Source: Candidatus Indicimonas acetifermentans
GTDB taxonomy: Bacteria > Gemmatimonadota > Gemmatimonadetes > Palauibacterales > KS3-K002
DNA: 42,300 nucleotides
Assembly: GCA_947581815.1 (NCBI GenBank)
Contig: CANPVX010000004.1
Location: 1-42,300, forward strand
Reading direction: 5' to 3'
In this document: in pieces, positions 17,330 to 26,282 of the stretch
Layout of the letters: each line of letters opens with the position of its first letter
How positions within the stretch are numbered: position 1 is the stretch's first letter
The notes under the pieces: model-generated
The model's database searches: none
Seen by the model: only the letters and a program-made list of their open reading frames with translations
What the model was told of the DNA's origin: nothing
Position numbers and translations under genes: made by a program

Positions 17330-18840
17330 GCGCGAACGAGGGGTACATCCTCACCTGCCGTGCCAGCGCTCAGGCGTTGGGAGGCTTGGAGGAGTCGCTG
17401 TCCGAGGCGGGCTACACCGTCCGAGGCGTCGAAAAGGGCGCGGAGGTCGTCAGTCATGTCACGGGCCAGGAACCCGATCTGGTCGTGATCGACGATTCGG
17501 TGAGCGACGCGGAGCCGCTGGAGATCATCAAGGAACTCCGCCACCGTCCGGGCTCGCGCTACATACCGCTGGTCCTCATCTCTTCCGAGAGCCCGGGGGA
17601 AACCGCGGCGAAAGCGATCCAGGCGGGCGCGTCGGATTACATACGGAAGCCTTTCGACCTCGATGAGGCGCTGGCGCGCATCCACGCACACGTGGCCCGC
17701 GGTCGCCTCATCAGGGAGGCGAAGCGCGAAGCGGACACGCGGGGGATCGTGCTCGATGTAGTTCGGGATGTTACCGCGAGCCTCTCGAGCACGGAGATCT
17801 TCCACATCCTGGTACGCCGAGTCTCGCGCGTGTTTCAGATCCGCCGCTGCTCGATGATACTGGTGAACGAATCCGGCGACCGGGGGACCGTCGTTGCAGC
17901 CCACGATGATCCGAGCATCAACGCGCTGAGCATCGATCTCGGTCGCTATCCGGAGATCCGGCAGGCGACCGAGACGGGTGCGCCGGTACTGGTGAAGAAC
18001 TTGAAAGGGTCGGCGCTGTTCGAGCAGATTCGGCCGTTATGGGAGACGGAGAAGATCGCAGTCGACGTTCAATCGATCGTTGCCGTGCCGTTCAGCTTCG
18101 ACAAAGGGCGCTCTGGCGTCTTTTTCCTGCGCTCGAGCCCGGATGAACCGTCGCTCGATGAGGCAGCCGTCAAGCTCGCTTCTGATATCGTTCAGGGTGC
18201 GGTGAGGGCGCTCAACACGGCGGCGACGTTCGAGAATGTGCTCTCGCACCAGGAACAGCTCGAGTTGATGGCCAAGACCGACGAGTTGACCGGCTGCCTC
18301 TCGCGCCGCTTCCTGATGGAGAAGCTGGAAAACGAATTGGAACGTGCAGCACGCTACGAGCGACTGCTCGGGCTGGTGATGTTCGATATCGATGACTTCA
18401 AGAGCTTGAACGACACACACGGCCACACGACGGGGGACGCAGCGCTGCGCGCGGTGGGCGAAGTGCTGCGGCGGTCCCTGCGAACCGCGGACTTCGTTGG
18501 TCGTTACGGCGGGGACGAGTTCGTGCTGGTCTTGCCCGAGACAAGCGCTGCAGGTACGCACCGGCTGGCGGAGCGAATTCGAAACGGAATAAGCAGGCGG
18601 CTGTGGGAGCTGCGGGGCGGCAAGATGCGCCTAACTATTAGCGGCGGCGTCGCCGGTTTCCCAGAGGTCGGGATTGTCACCCCGGAGGACTTGATCGACC
18701 GGGCTGACCAGGCGCTCTACGAAGCCAAGGCTGCTGGGAGAAACAAAGTGTTCCGTCGACGGAGCGACGGCCGGACGGTGACGGCTGAGTCGCTGCCTGA
18801 CACCGAGTCGGATGCGACGGATATGGAGATCGATCGCTAG
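17326..18840 (+). CDS. Diguanylate cyclase, REC-GAF-GGDEF
   Basis: REC (PDLVVID...DYIRKPF), GAF, TDELTG, DIDDFKSLND, I-site RTAD, RYGGDEF; ATGA overlap with the upstream gene. Confidence 0.93.
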   Translation: MSANEGYILTCRASAQALGGLEESLSEAGYTVRGVEKGAEVVSHVTGQEPDLVVIDDSVSDAEPLEIIKELRHRPGSRYIPLVLISSESPGETAAKAIQAGASDYIRKPFDLDEALARIHAHVARGRLIREAKREADTRGIVLDVVRDVTASLSSTEIFHILVRRVSRVFQIRRCSMILVNESGDRGTVVAAHDDPSINALSIDLGRYPEIRQATETGAPVLVKNLKGSALFEQIRPLWETEKIAVDVQSIVAVPFSFDKGRSGVFFLRSSPDEPSLDEAAVKLASDIVQGAVRALNTAATFENVLSHQEQLELMAKTDELTGCLSRRFLMEKLENELERAARYERLLGLVMFDIDDFKSLNDTHGHTTGDAALRAVGEVLRRSLRTADFVGRYGGDEFVLVLPETSAAGTHRLAERIRNGISRRLWELRGGKMRLTISGGVAGFPEVGIVTPEDLIDRADQALYEAKAAGRNKVFRRRSDGRTVTAESLPDTESDATDMEIDR

Positions 18841-19768
18841 CAACAGGACGCTCAGCGCCGTGCCCGGGCTGGCGGTGGGTCACGCCAGCGACCCCGAGGC
18901 AGCCACCGGTTGCACTGTGGTCCTGGGTCCGTTCAGAGCCGCCGTCGACATCCGCGGCCTGGCGAGCGGAACCCGCCAGCTGGACTCACTCTCTCCATCA
19001 CATCTCACACCCAACGTAGATGCTCTTCTGTTGACCGGAGGGTCGGCGTACGGCCTCGCGGCGGCTGACGGCGTTGCGCGCTGGTTGGAGGAGCGAGGCC
19101 GGGGCTTCGCGACGCCCGCGGGCCCGGTGGCGATCGTTCCGACGGCGGTGGTCTACGATCTGACGACTGGCCGCGCCGATCGACGCCCCGACGCCGCCAT
19201 GGGCCGAGCTGCGTGTGAAACCGCCAGCCGAACCCCGGTCCGTGAGGGTCGGGTAGGAGTCGGGAGCGGCGCGACCGTGGGCAAGCTTCGGGGTGCGAGC
19301 AGCGCCATGCCGGGGGGTGTGGGCTGCTGGGCGGTGAGCTGTGGAGACCATCTCGTCGCCGCGCTCGTCGTGGTAAACGCGTTCGGCGATGTGCTGAGTG
19401 CCGACGGCGAGATCATCGCTGGCGCTCGAGGGGAGGATGGGGAGTTCATCGACACGCAGGCCTACCTGCGAGAGCACGATCCGCCGCCGAGATTCGCCGA
19501 GGAGGCCGGAGCCAACACAACCCTCGCCGTCGTTGCCACGGACTGGCCCCTCGATCGCACGGGGCTTCAGGCTGTGGCGCGCCAGGCGATGAACGCGATC
19601 GTGCGGCGTACAGCGCCCGCCAACACCCAGTTCGACGGGGACATCGTGTTCGCGGTCTCGACCGGGGAGCCCCAGGTGGCTAGGGGGCCCTCGGAGACGC
19701 TGAGGTTAGGGCTGTGTGCGGAGTGGGCCCTGGAGGAGGCCGTGGAGCGCGCGGTGACGGGGCGCTAG
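18812..19768 (+). CDS. DmpA/P1 (S58) family L-aminopeptidase/D-esterase-like peptidase
   Basis: VPGLAVGH, TGCTVV, LTGGSAYGLAAADG, VVVNAFGDV, NTTLAVVAT, DGDIVFA; exact start uncertain. Confidence 0.9.
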   Translation: MRRIWRSIASNRTLSAVPGLAVGHASDPEAATGCTVVLGPFRAAVDIRGLASGTRQLDSLSPSHLTPNVDALLLTGGSAYGLAAADGVARWLEERGRGFATPAGPVAIVPTAVVYDLTTGRADRRPDAAMGRAACETASRTPVREGRVGVGSGATVGKLRGASSAMPGGVGCWAVSCGDHLVAALVVVNAFGDVLSADGEIIAGARGEDGEFIDTQAYLREHDPPPRFAEEAGANTTLAVVATDWPLDRTGLQAVARQAMNAIVRRTAPANTQFDGDIVFAVSTGEPQVARGPSETLRLGLCAEWALEEAVERAVTGR

Positions 19769-19849
19769 CTGGCGAAGGGCCCAGGCCGGCACCAGATTAG
19801 GGCGTCGGGGTAATTCTGGGGCGACGAAGCAAGAAGATGAGGAGGATGC

Positions 19850-20680
19850 TTGGACAAAGCCGCAGTCGACCCGGATAGTACGAGGTCGAGCGTCAGTTCG
19901 GGCGGGGGTAACGGACGCCCGGCCCGAGAGGTCGGCGTGTTGGTTCTTTTCGACGTAGACGGGACGCTGCTTCTGTCCGGGGGCGCAGGTCGATCTGCCT
20001 TGAAAACCGCTCTCGAGGCCGTCTATTCGGCCGCGGGTCCCGTGGAGAGTTACGACTTCCACGGTAAGACCGATCCCCAGATCGTGGTTGAGCTGTTGAG
20101 CGCGATCGGGCGGAATCCTGCCGATATCCGCGAACGCCTGCCCACGCTGTGGCCGGTCTATCTGGCAGCGCTCAAGGAGGAGCTGGGGCGGCGCGTCCGT
20201 GAGGGTCTGGCGATGGCGCTACCGGGGGTCGGCGATCTGCTGGCGGGGCTGGAGGGTACTCGCGGGGTGTCGCTCGGCCTGCTGACCGGCAACATAGCGC
20301 CGGCGGCCGAGCTGAAGCTTGCTGCAGCGGGCGTCGAAGCGCGCTTCGAGTTCGGCGGTTACGGATCGGACTCGGAATCGCGCAACGAGATCGCGCGTAT
20401 CGCGGTGGAGCGGGCGCGGGCGCTCGATGGCCGGTGGGGCGAAGCTCACACGGTGGTGATCGGCGATACTCCTAGGGATGTCGAAGCGGCGCGGGCGATC
20501 AGCGCCCGGGCGGTGATGGTGGCCACGGGGCGGCATTCGACGGGCGATCTGGCAGCGGCCGGAGCGGATGTGGTCTTCGAAGACTTCAGAGAAACGGAAG
20601 CGGTCTTGAGCTGTCTGTTAGGCGGCAACGGGAGCGCTCCGGGCGCCGGGGCGTCCGGCGGCGAGGGGCCCGGGGCATGA
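19850..20680 (+). CDS. HAD-superfamily hydrolase
   Basis: LFDVDGTL, GKTD, LLTGN, VIGDTPRD motifs; GAGGAGG SD upstream. Confidence 0.9.
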   Translation: MDKAAVDPDSTRSSVSSGGGNGRPAREVGVLVLFDVDGTLLLSGGAGRSALKTALEAVYSAAGPVESYDFHGKTDPQIVVELLSAIGRNPADIRERLPTLWPVYLAALKEELGRRVREGLAMALPGVGDLLAGLEGTRGVSLGLLTGNIAPAAELKLAAAGVEARFEFGGYGSDSESRNEIARIAVERARALDGRWGEAHTVVIGDTPRDVEAARAISARAVMVATGRHSTGDLAAAGADVVFEDFRETEAVLSCLLGGNGSAPGAGASGGEGPGA

Positions 20681-22173
20681 GCTTCGAGGGGATCTTCGAC
20701 GTCGTGATCGAGGGCGCGGGCACGGAGCGCGGCGCGAAAGTGCTCACGGCTCCCGAGGGGTTCTACGTCAACCATCACGAGATTCCTTACCCGACCCTGC
20801 TCGGCGTGGCCTTGCGGGGTTCCATCCTGCTGGTGGTTGGGACGCAAGCGGCGATGGCGCTGCGAGGCTCGCGCGACGGGCTGGCCACGCTGGCGGCCGA
20901 GCTGAGAGGCCATGCGGACCTGAACCACCTCGCTCTGCAGGACCGCGAGTCGTTAGAGGGCGAGCGCGTCGTGTTCGCCACACCCGTAGCGGTATCGGGG
21001 CTGGTGGATATGGAGCGCATTAAGGGAATGCCCCTGGTCGTGGTGACCGACTCGGCGCTCCACGTTCTGGAGCGCGGGGGTCGCCAGTACCGCCTCGCCT
21101 GGGACGTCTTCAACAAGGTCGATGTCGCGAAAGCGAAGTTCGGGCAGGTCCTGCGCGTTGGAGCTGGGACCACCAAACTGGAGTTGCTCTATCTCACCGA
21201 TGCTCAGGTCCAGACGATCCGCGGAATGGCCGCGAGGCACTCCGGGACGCTGCTCGGGGTTTCCGAGTCGGCGCAGGCCGCCGCACGTGCCGCAGAGGCC
21301 CCGGCTTCGCCTAGAGTCGAAACTGCCAGCGATACCAGCAAAACCGCCGTGGGGGTGCAGGGGGTGCAGGGGGTGCAGGGGTTGGGAGAGGTCGGGGACT
21401 TGGCTCGCCGCTTCCTCGTGCCGGAGTTCGAGCTGTCGCTGGGAGCCACGGGAAGCGGCTCCGATCGCCCACTCGGGGCGAAGGTCGAGAGGCTTCAGCT
21501 GTCCCCGGTTCTTCCGGTTGGTTTCCTGGAGGAACACCTGCGGGAGCTGAGAACCGTCTACGAGGGAGCGCTCGTCAAGCGCAAGAGGGAAGCGGCTGCG
21601 TCGACGGAACTGGCGGCGGCGGCGGCGGCTCTGGACGGCCGGTCGCTCCTGGAGGACGTGCGGGAGAACGTGAGGGTGGTGACTGAGGCGACTTTGCGCG
21701 CCTACGAAAGACAGGCGCGGCGTATCGCTGCCAACCGACGCATTCCGTGGCGTAAAGCGCGCAAGAAGCACATGCTGGGCCAGCGAGAAACCGGGGGACT
21801 GCAGAACCGGCTGGCCCGTGGGATCACGGGTCTGGAAAAAGCGTCAGACAGCGTGAGCGCGTCGGCGGAGGCCGTTCAGGCGGCCGCGGAGGCCGGTGGC
21901 CCGGAGCTGACGCAAGCTTACGAGGGGTGGCACGCTAGCCTGCGCGAGCTGGATCAGGCCTATGCGGTCGGCTGGACGGAGTTGAGCCGCGAGGTGATCG
22001 CGGTATGGCAGGACACGTTTCTGCCCAAGTTGACGCGCCTGGGCGGTGAACGGCGCAGTTTGCTGCCTCGGCCCGTCAGAGCGGCGATGCTATTCTTCTT
22101 CTTTCTTTTTGTGGCCTTCGTCGTCTACCTCATCGTTACGGGGCAACTTTCGAACTTTATCGAGTTCCAGTAG
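20677..22173 (+). CDS. Hypothetical protein: beta-rich N-terminal domains, helical middle, C-terminal TM anchor
   Basis: 498-aa ORF coupled by ATGA overlap to the HAD gene; C-terminal AMLFFFFLFVAFVVYLIV; no recognisable family motif. Confidence 0.75.
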   Translation: MSFEGIFDVVIEGAGTERGAKVLTAPEGFYVNHHEIPYPTLLGVALRGSILLVVGTQAAMALRGSRDGLATLAAELRGHADLNHLALQDRESLEGERVVFATPVAVSGLVDMERIKGMPLVVVTDSALHVLERGGRQYRLAWDVFNKVDVAKAKFGQVLRVGAGTTKLELLYLTDAQVQTIRGMAARHSGTLLGVSESAQAAARAAEAPASPRVETASDTSKTAVGVQGVQGVQGLGEVGDLARRFLVPEFELSLGATGSGSDRPLGAKVERLQLSPVLPVGFLEEHLRELRTVYEGALVKRKREAAASTELAAAAAALDGRSLLEDVRENVRVVTEATLRAYERQARRIAANRRIPWRKARKKHMLGQRETGGLQNRLARGITGLEKASDSVSASAEAVQAAAEAGGPELTQAYEGWHASLRELDQAYAVGWTELSREVIAVWQDTFLPKLTRLGGERRSLLPRPVRAAMLFFFFLFVAFVVYLIVTGQLSNFIEFQ

Positions 22174-22234
22174 TAGGAGTAGAACTGCCGCGAAATTCCC
22201 GGGTCTTCTTAGAGGTTGGAGGCAGCATACCATA

Positions 22235-22924
22235 ATGGCGAGCTCACAGTCGAAGTTTTACGGTACGCTTGGGATCATCGCCCTGGCAGGGGTCGCGCTG
22301 ATCGGGTATGTGGCTACGCGCGAAACCCCCGAGGCGACACTGGCGACCGCCGGGCCCCCGGGGGCTCCGCTAGCGATCGGCGAGCTCATCCCGTTGGATG
22401 TCGGCGTCACTAAGGGGTCTGAGGATGCTCCGGTCACCGTCGAGGAGTACGCCGATTATCAGTGTCCGTACTGCGGCATGGTGGCGCGTTTGACGGTCCC
22501 GACCCTAGTGGAGCGCTACGTCGACACGGGGAAAGTCCGTTATGTTTTTCTCGACTTCCCAGTCCACCCGGGCGACAAGTCGTACTTGGCTGCGGAGGCA
22601 GCTCGCTGCGCGGGCGATCAGGACGCCTACTGGGCGATGCACGATATGCTGTTCGGTCGGATTTCCGAGTGGTCGAGCCGGCGGGACCCTCGCCGGAAGT
22701 TCCGCGACTACGCGGAGGCAATCGGGCTTGATGGGGGCGCGCTTAAGGACTGCGTCAACTCCCGCAAGTATCGCGATGTGGTTCTGACCAATCGAACTCG
22801 GGGGGAGCAGCAAGCCGTGAACAGCACCCCCACGTTCTTCATCAACGGCCAGCGAGTGACGGGTGCCGTTGGCTTCGATCAGCTGGCGGAAGTAATCGAG
22901 GAAGAGTTGTCGAAGTCGCCGTGA
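22235..22924 (+). CDS. DsbA-family thiol-disulfide oxidoreductase
   Basis: ATG at 22235 after GGAGG; N-terminal TM, EYADYQCPYC, cis-Pro loop STPTFFING. Confidence 0.92.
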   Translation: MASSQSKFYGTLGIIALAGVALIGYVATRETPEATLATAGPPGAPLAIGELIPLDVGVTKGSEDAPVTVEEYADYQCPYCGMVARLTVPTLVERYVDTGKVRYVFLDFPVHPGDKSYLAAEAARCAGDQDAYWAMHDMLFGRISEWSSRRDPRRKFRDYAEAIGLDGGALKDCVNSRKYRDVVLTNRTRGEQQAVNSTPTFFINGQRVTGAVGFDQLAEVIEEELSKSP

Positions 22925-23409
22925 ATCGACGACATGCGGTAGCGGTTCTGGCGCTCCTCGGCTCGTTGGACGCGGCGTATCTGCTGCTGCACAAGTTGGG
23001 GTATATCGGCAGCCTGGTTTGCACGGTTGGCAGCGACAGCTGCAACGTCGTGAACACGTCGAGCTACTCCGCGATCTTTGGCATCCCGGTGGCTGGGATC
23101 GGGTTGCTGGGCTACGTCGTGATCCTCGCCTTGGCTGTCGTCGGTTCGGAGCCGAGCAGGCTGGCCGATGTCCGGGTGGACCTGCTGTTAGCCGTCCTGT
23201 CGGGTGGCGGAGTCGCGTTCTCCCTCTACCTTACCTACGCCTCTTTCTTTCACATAGGTACAGCCTGCCCCTGGTGTCTACTGTCTCTAACGCTGATCGT
23301 GGGCATCTTCGCGATCTCGCTCTGGGGAGTCCTCTTCAAAGGAGCGAGCGGGTCGGAAAGGGAAAGGGAGGAAAGGGAGGAAAGTGGGTCGAGCGCCGTG
23401 AGCGCCTGA
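22921..23409 (+). CDS. Vitamin K epoxide reductase (VKOR) family protein
   Basis: Loop cysteines C..SDSC..VNTSSYS, GIPVAGIG, CPWC redox motif, four TM segments; overlaps the dsbA stop. Confidence 0.92.
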   Translation: MNRRHAVAVLALLGSLDAAYLLLHKLGYIGSLVCTVGSDSCNVVNTSSYSAIFGIPVAGIGLLGYVVILALAVVGSEPSRLADVRVDLLLAVLSGGGVAFSLYLTYASFFHIGTACPWCLLSLTLIVGIFAISLWGVLFKGASGSEREREEREESGSSAVSA

Positions 23410-23432
23410 GGTATTTCAATCTCGCCTAACAA

Positions 23433-23473
23433 AGAGGGTAGGGCCCTGGGGGTCCTACCCTCTGCGCTTTTTT
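23433..23473. terminator. Terminator, probably bidirectional, between VKOR and the sigma factor gene
   Basis: 14-bp stem AGAGGGTAGGGCCC / GGGTCCTACCCTCT with a downstream T run on + and a short A run on the 5' side. Confidence 0.75.
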
Positions 23474-23487
23474 GTTTCGACTCTGGT

Positions 23488-24354
23488 TCAGTGCATGCTC
23501 CAGAACCCCTCGAGAGCCATACCGTCTGGAGATTGACGCAGCTTCTCGAACGCGCGGTTCCGGATTTGGCGGATCCTCTCGCGGGTTACCCCTAGCAAGG
23601 AGCCGATCTCCTCTAGAGTCATCTCCTCGCCATCGTCAAGGCCATAGTACAGCACCAGGATCTTTCGCTCACGCTCCGTCAGGTACTTCGCGAACATCTG
23701 CTGGAGGAAGTTCCGGCGCGCCTGAGACTCGACATCCTCCTGGATGTCTGCCGTCTCCATTCCGGAGAACCGCTCTCCGAACGAGGCGCTATCTCGATCG
23801 GTGCGGTCGAGTGGTGCGTCCAGGCTGAGCTCCGCAGAGGCCACGCGGCGCAAAGCTCTGATCGTATCCACCGGCTCGCCCATTCGATTCGCGATCTCGC
23901 GATCCGTCGGCGAGCGGCCGAGCTGCTGCGTCAACGCCGTCTCGGTCCGCGAAAGCTTCACGAGGTTCGAGTTCTGGTTCAGCGGAATGCGCACCGACCG
24001 CGTCTGCTCGGCCAAAGCCTGTAGCACCGTCTGGCGGATCCACCACACCGCGTACGAGATGAACTTCACCCCTTTGTCGGGGTCGAATTTCTTCACCGCC
24101 TTGAGGAGGCCCTCGTTACCGATGCACACGAGCTCCGCCAAATTCAGCCCGCGGCCCTGATACTTCTTAACGTAGGAAATGACGAACCGCAGGTTCGCGG
24201 TCACCAGCCGTTCCGCGGCCTCCCGGTTGCCAGCCCGCGCCCTACGGGCGATCTGCCGCTCGGTCGCAGCGTCCTCAATGAGTGGATACTTCTCGACGTC
24301 GTGGAGGTACTGATCGAAGGAGTCTAGGGCTTTGGAACCGAAGAACATACGCAC
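23488..24354 (-). CDS. RNA polymerase sigma factor, RpoD/SigA family lacking region 1.1
   Basis: Region 1.2 DQYLHDV, region 2 ANLRFVISYVKKYQ...KFISYAVWWIRQ, region 3 SLDAP, region 4 TLEEIG..LGVTRERIRQI. Confidence 0.94.
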   Translation of the reverse strand: MRMFFGSKALDSFDQYLHDVEKYPLIEDAATERQIARRARAGNREAAERLVTANLRFVISYVKKYQGRGLNLAELVCIGNEGLLKAVKKFDPDKGVKFISYAVWWIRQTVLQALAEQTRSVRIPLNQNSNLVKLSRTETALTQQLGRSPTDREIANRMGEPVDTIRALRRVASAELSLDAPLDRTDRDSASFGERFSGMETADIQEDVESQARRNFLQQMFAKYLTERERKILVLYYGLDDGEEMTLEEIGSLLGVTRERIRQIRNRAFEKLRQSPDGMALEGFWSMH

Positions 24355-24384
24355 TCTGATCTATGGCAGCTCAGAATCTCGGAC

Positions 24385-24416
24385 AAAAAAAGCGCGAGCC
24401 GCCCAAGCGGTCTCGC
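24385..24416 (-). terminator. Intrinsic terminator within the 5' leader of the sigma factor gene
   Basis: RNA GCGAGACCGC-UUGG-GCGGCUCGC-GC-UUUUUUU, ending 30 nt before the start codon. Confidence 0.75.
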
Positions 24417-24521
24417 TGTGGCTGCACTATCTCACTCGAGTCTCAGGCGCCTCGCCAGCGAGCCTGGTCCGGCAGACTGCAGAAACGGATGATCTCAAGC
24501 TGATGGTAGCCAAGACCGCAT

Positions 24522-24550
24522 AGTATAACACGGGTTTCGCCGCCTGTAAA
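24522..24550 (-). promoter_or_regulatory. Sigma70-type promoter TTTACA-N17-TATACT with extended -10 TG
   Basis: -35 at 24545-24550, -10 at 24522-24527, exact 17-nt spacer. Confidence 0.7.
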
Positions 24551-24596
24551 GGTAACGAGGCTGAAAACCGCACCGTTGCTGGGACTACGTTTGTTT

Positions 24597-25595
24597 CTAC
24601 CCCTCATCCGCGCCAGGAGTTTCCTTTCTCTCGTATCGCTCCTTACCCTCGATCGCTGCCAAAATGACCGCGCTCGGGGGTGCCTCGGGGCCGACGCACA
24701 GCGCGTACGGCGTCGCAGCCTCGATTTCGAGTAGCTCGAGTAGCAGCTCGCCGTTTGCTCGGCCGACTCCCGGGTCCAGCTGCCGGACGTGAGGCCGAAA
24801 GAGGCGCCGGCGGGCGAAGAGAGGCGGGGCCTGGGGTGTGATGACGAGGCGGCCTCTTTGGAAGAGCCAATGGGGACCCAGGCGGGCCAGGGTGATCCGG
24901 GCGGAGCGCACCGCCCCGAGGCGGCGGCCAAGGTGCGCTTCGATGGCTTGGCGCACGGAGCTCGGCAAACGGTCGGCTCCCGTCTCCCAGCGCGTGCGGG
25001 TACGCCCCGGCTGGGCCAGCGCCGCGAACCCGGCGCGGAGCGCGGAGTAAGCGAGCACTCCAAGTCGCGGGGCCCAGGGGAGCGGGATTAGGATCAGTAG
25101 CCCGGCGATCACGGCGGCGGCTTCCGGATAGACGAAGGCCAAGATCCCCAGAGCGGCGGCGAGGAACGTCTGAAGCGCCGTGATGATCCATGGGTGGGGT
25201 GAGGGAGCGGGGGTTCGGGCGGCGACCCGCAAGGCGAGGACGGTGAGCTGCACGAGGAGCGCGATCACGAAAGCAGCCAGCGCGCCACCCCATTGCACGC
25301 TGCGGGGGAGGCTGTCGAGGCCCACTGAGGCCAGGAGGCTCGCAGCCAGGGGGCGCGCCAGGGTGTGTAGGAGCGTCCAGGCAAGGTCGGTGAGCCTGGT
25401 GCTGGAAGCTAGCCACTCGAAGGCGAGGAGGCCCAGGAGGCTACCCCAGACGGCCGGCGTGGCGAGTCCGGCGAGCGATGCAGGTAGAGCGACCAGACCG
25501 AAATAGGCCGCCATTCCGGGCGCGGCGAGCCCTGCGTAGAGCGTCAGGCCGAGGGCGGCGGAGAGGGCAAAGAAGCTGAGGAAAATTGTTATCAA
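24597..25595 (-). CDS. DUF4126-like integral membrane protein with a soluble C-terminal domain
   Basis: GLTLYA, FEWLA, DLAWTLLHTLARPLAASLLA resemble the DUF4126 pattern; multiple TM helices. Confidence 0.65.
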   Translation of the reverse strand: MITIFLSFFALSAALGLTLYAGLAAPGMAAYFGLVALPASLAGLATPAVWGSLLGLLAFEWLASSTRLTDLAWTLLHTLARPLAASLLASVGLDSLPRSVQWGGALAAFVIALLVQLTVLALRVAARTPAPSPHPWIITALQTFLAAALGILAFVYPEAAAVIAGLLILIPLPWAPRLGVLAYSALRAGFAALAQPGRTRTRWETGADRLPSSVRQAIEAHLGRRLGAVRSARITLARLGPHWLFQRGRLVITPQAPPLFARRRLFRPHVRQLDPGVGRANGELLLELLEIEAATPYALCVGPEAPPSAVILAAIEGKERYERKETPGADEG

Positions 25596-25613
25596 GAGCG
25601 CGCTCTAGCGATT

Positions 25614-26243
25614 CTAGTGCCCAGTGCGGCCAGCGTCGATGGCCTCGAGGATGCGTGCCCTCAAGTCCTCGTAGGACCCGAGCTCGGCAAGGGACTGGCC
25701 GTTGAGCACAACGGTCGGCGTCCCCGTCGCGCCGGCGCTCACGGCTTCCAACCAGTTCGCCTCGACGGCCTCCAGCGCCGCCTTCGACTCGAAGCAGCGG
25801 GCGAACTCGCCTTTTTCCAGCCCGAGGTTCTCGGCATAAACGACCCAGAGTGAGCTGGGGACCGTTTCACCCCTCCATTCAGGCTGCCTCACGAAGAGGT
25901 AGTCGTGGTAGGCCCAGAACAGCCCGGCTTCGCCGGCGCACTGGGCGGCCTTGGCAGCGGCGGCGGCGTTCGGGTGAATCGTGGTGAGCGGGAAATAAAC
26001 GTAGCGCAATCGCAAGAATCCTGTCCCGATGAACTCGGCGACGAGAGCGGGTGTGACGGCGAGGGCGAAGTTTCGGCAAGCGGGGCACTCGAAATCGGAA
26101 TAGACGGTCATCTCGACCGGCGCCTCGGCCGCGCCCAGCAGTTTGAAGTCCTCCTGTGCGTTCGTGGCGCCGCCGAACCCAACGAGGAGCGCCAGGGCGC
26201 CGAGGCTGGACCGCAGGGTGCTCTGCATATTCACATTCGACAA
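25614..26243 (-). CDS. Second DsbA-family oxidoreductase (exported)
   Basis: Signal peptide, YSDFECPAC, GTPTVVLNG; start may be the ATG at 26228. Confidence 0.9.
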   Translation of the reverse strand: MSNVNMQSTLRSSLGALALLVGFGGATNAQEDFKLLGAAEAPVEMTVYSDFECPACRNFALAVTPALVAEFIGTGFLRLRYVYFPLTTIHPNAAAAAKAAQCAGEAGLFWAYHDYLFVRQPEWRGETVPSSLWVVYAENLGLEKGEFARCFESKAALEAVEANWLEAVSAGATGTPTVVLNGQSLAELGSYEDLRARILEAIDAGRTGH

Positions 26244-26282
26244 GCTATTCTTTCGCTGCGGGGCCGGTGAGACGCGTCGGTT

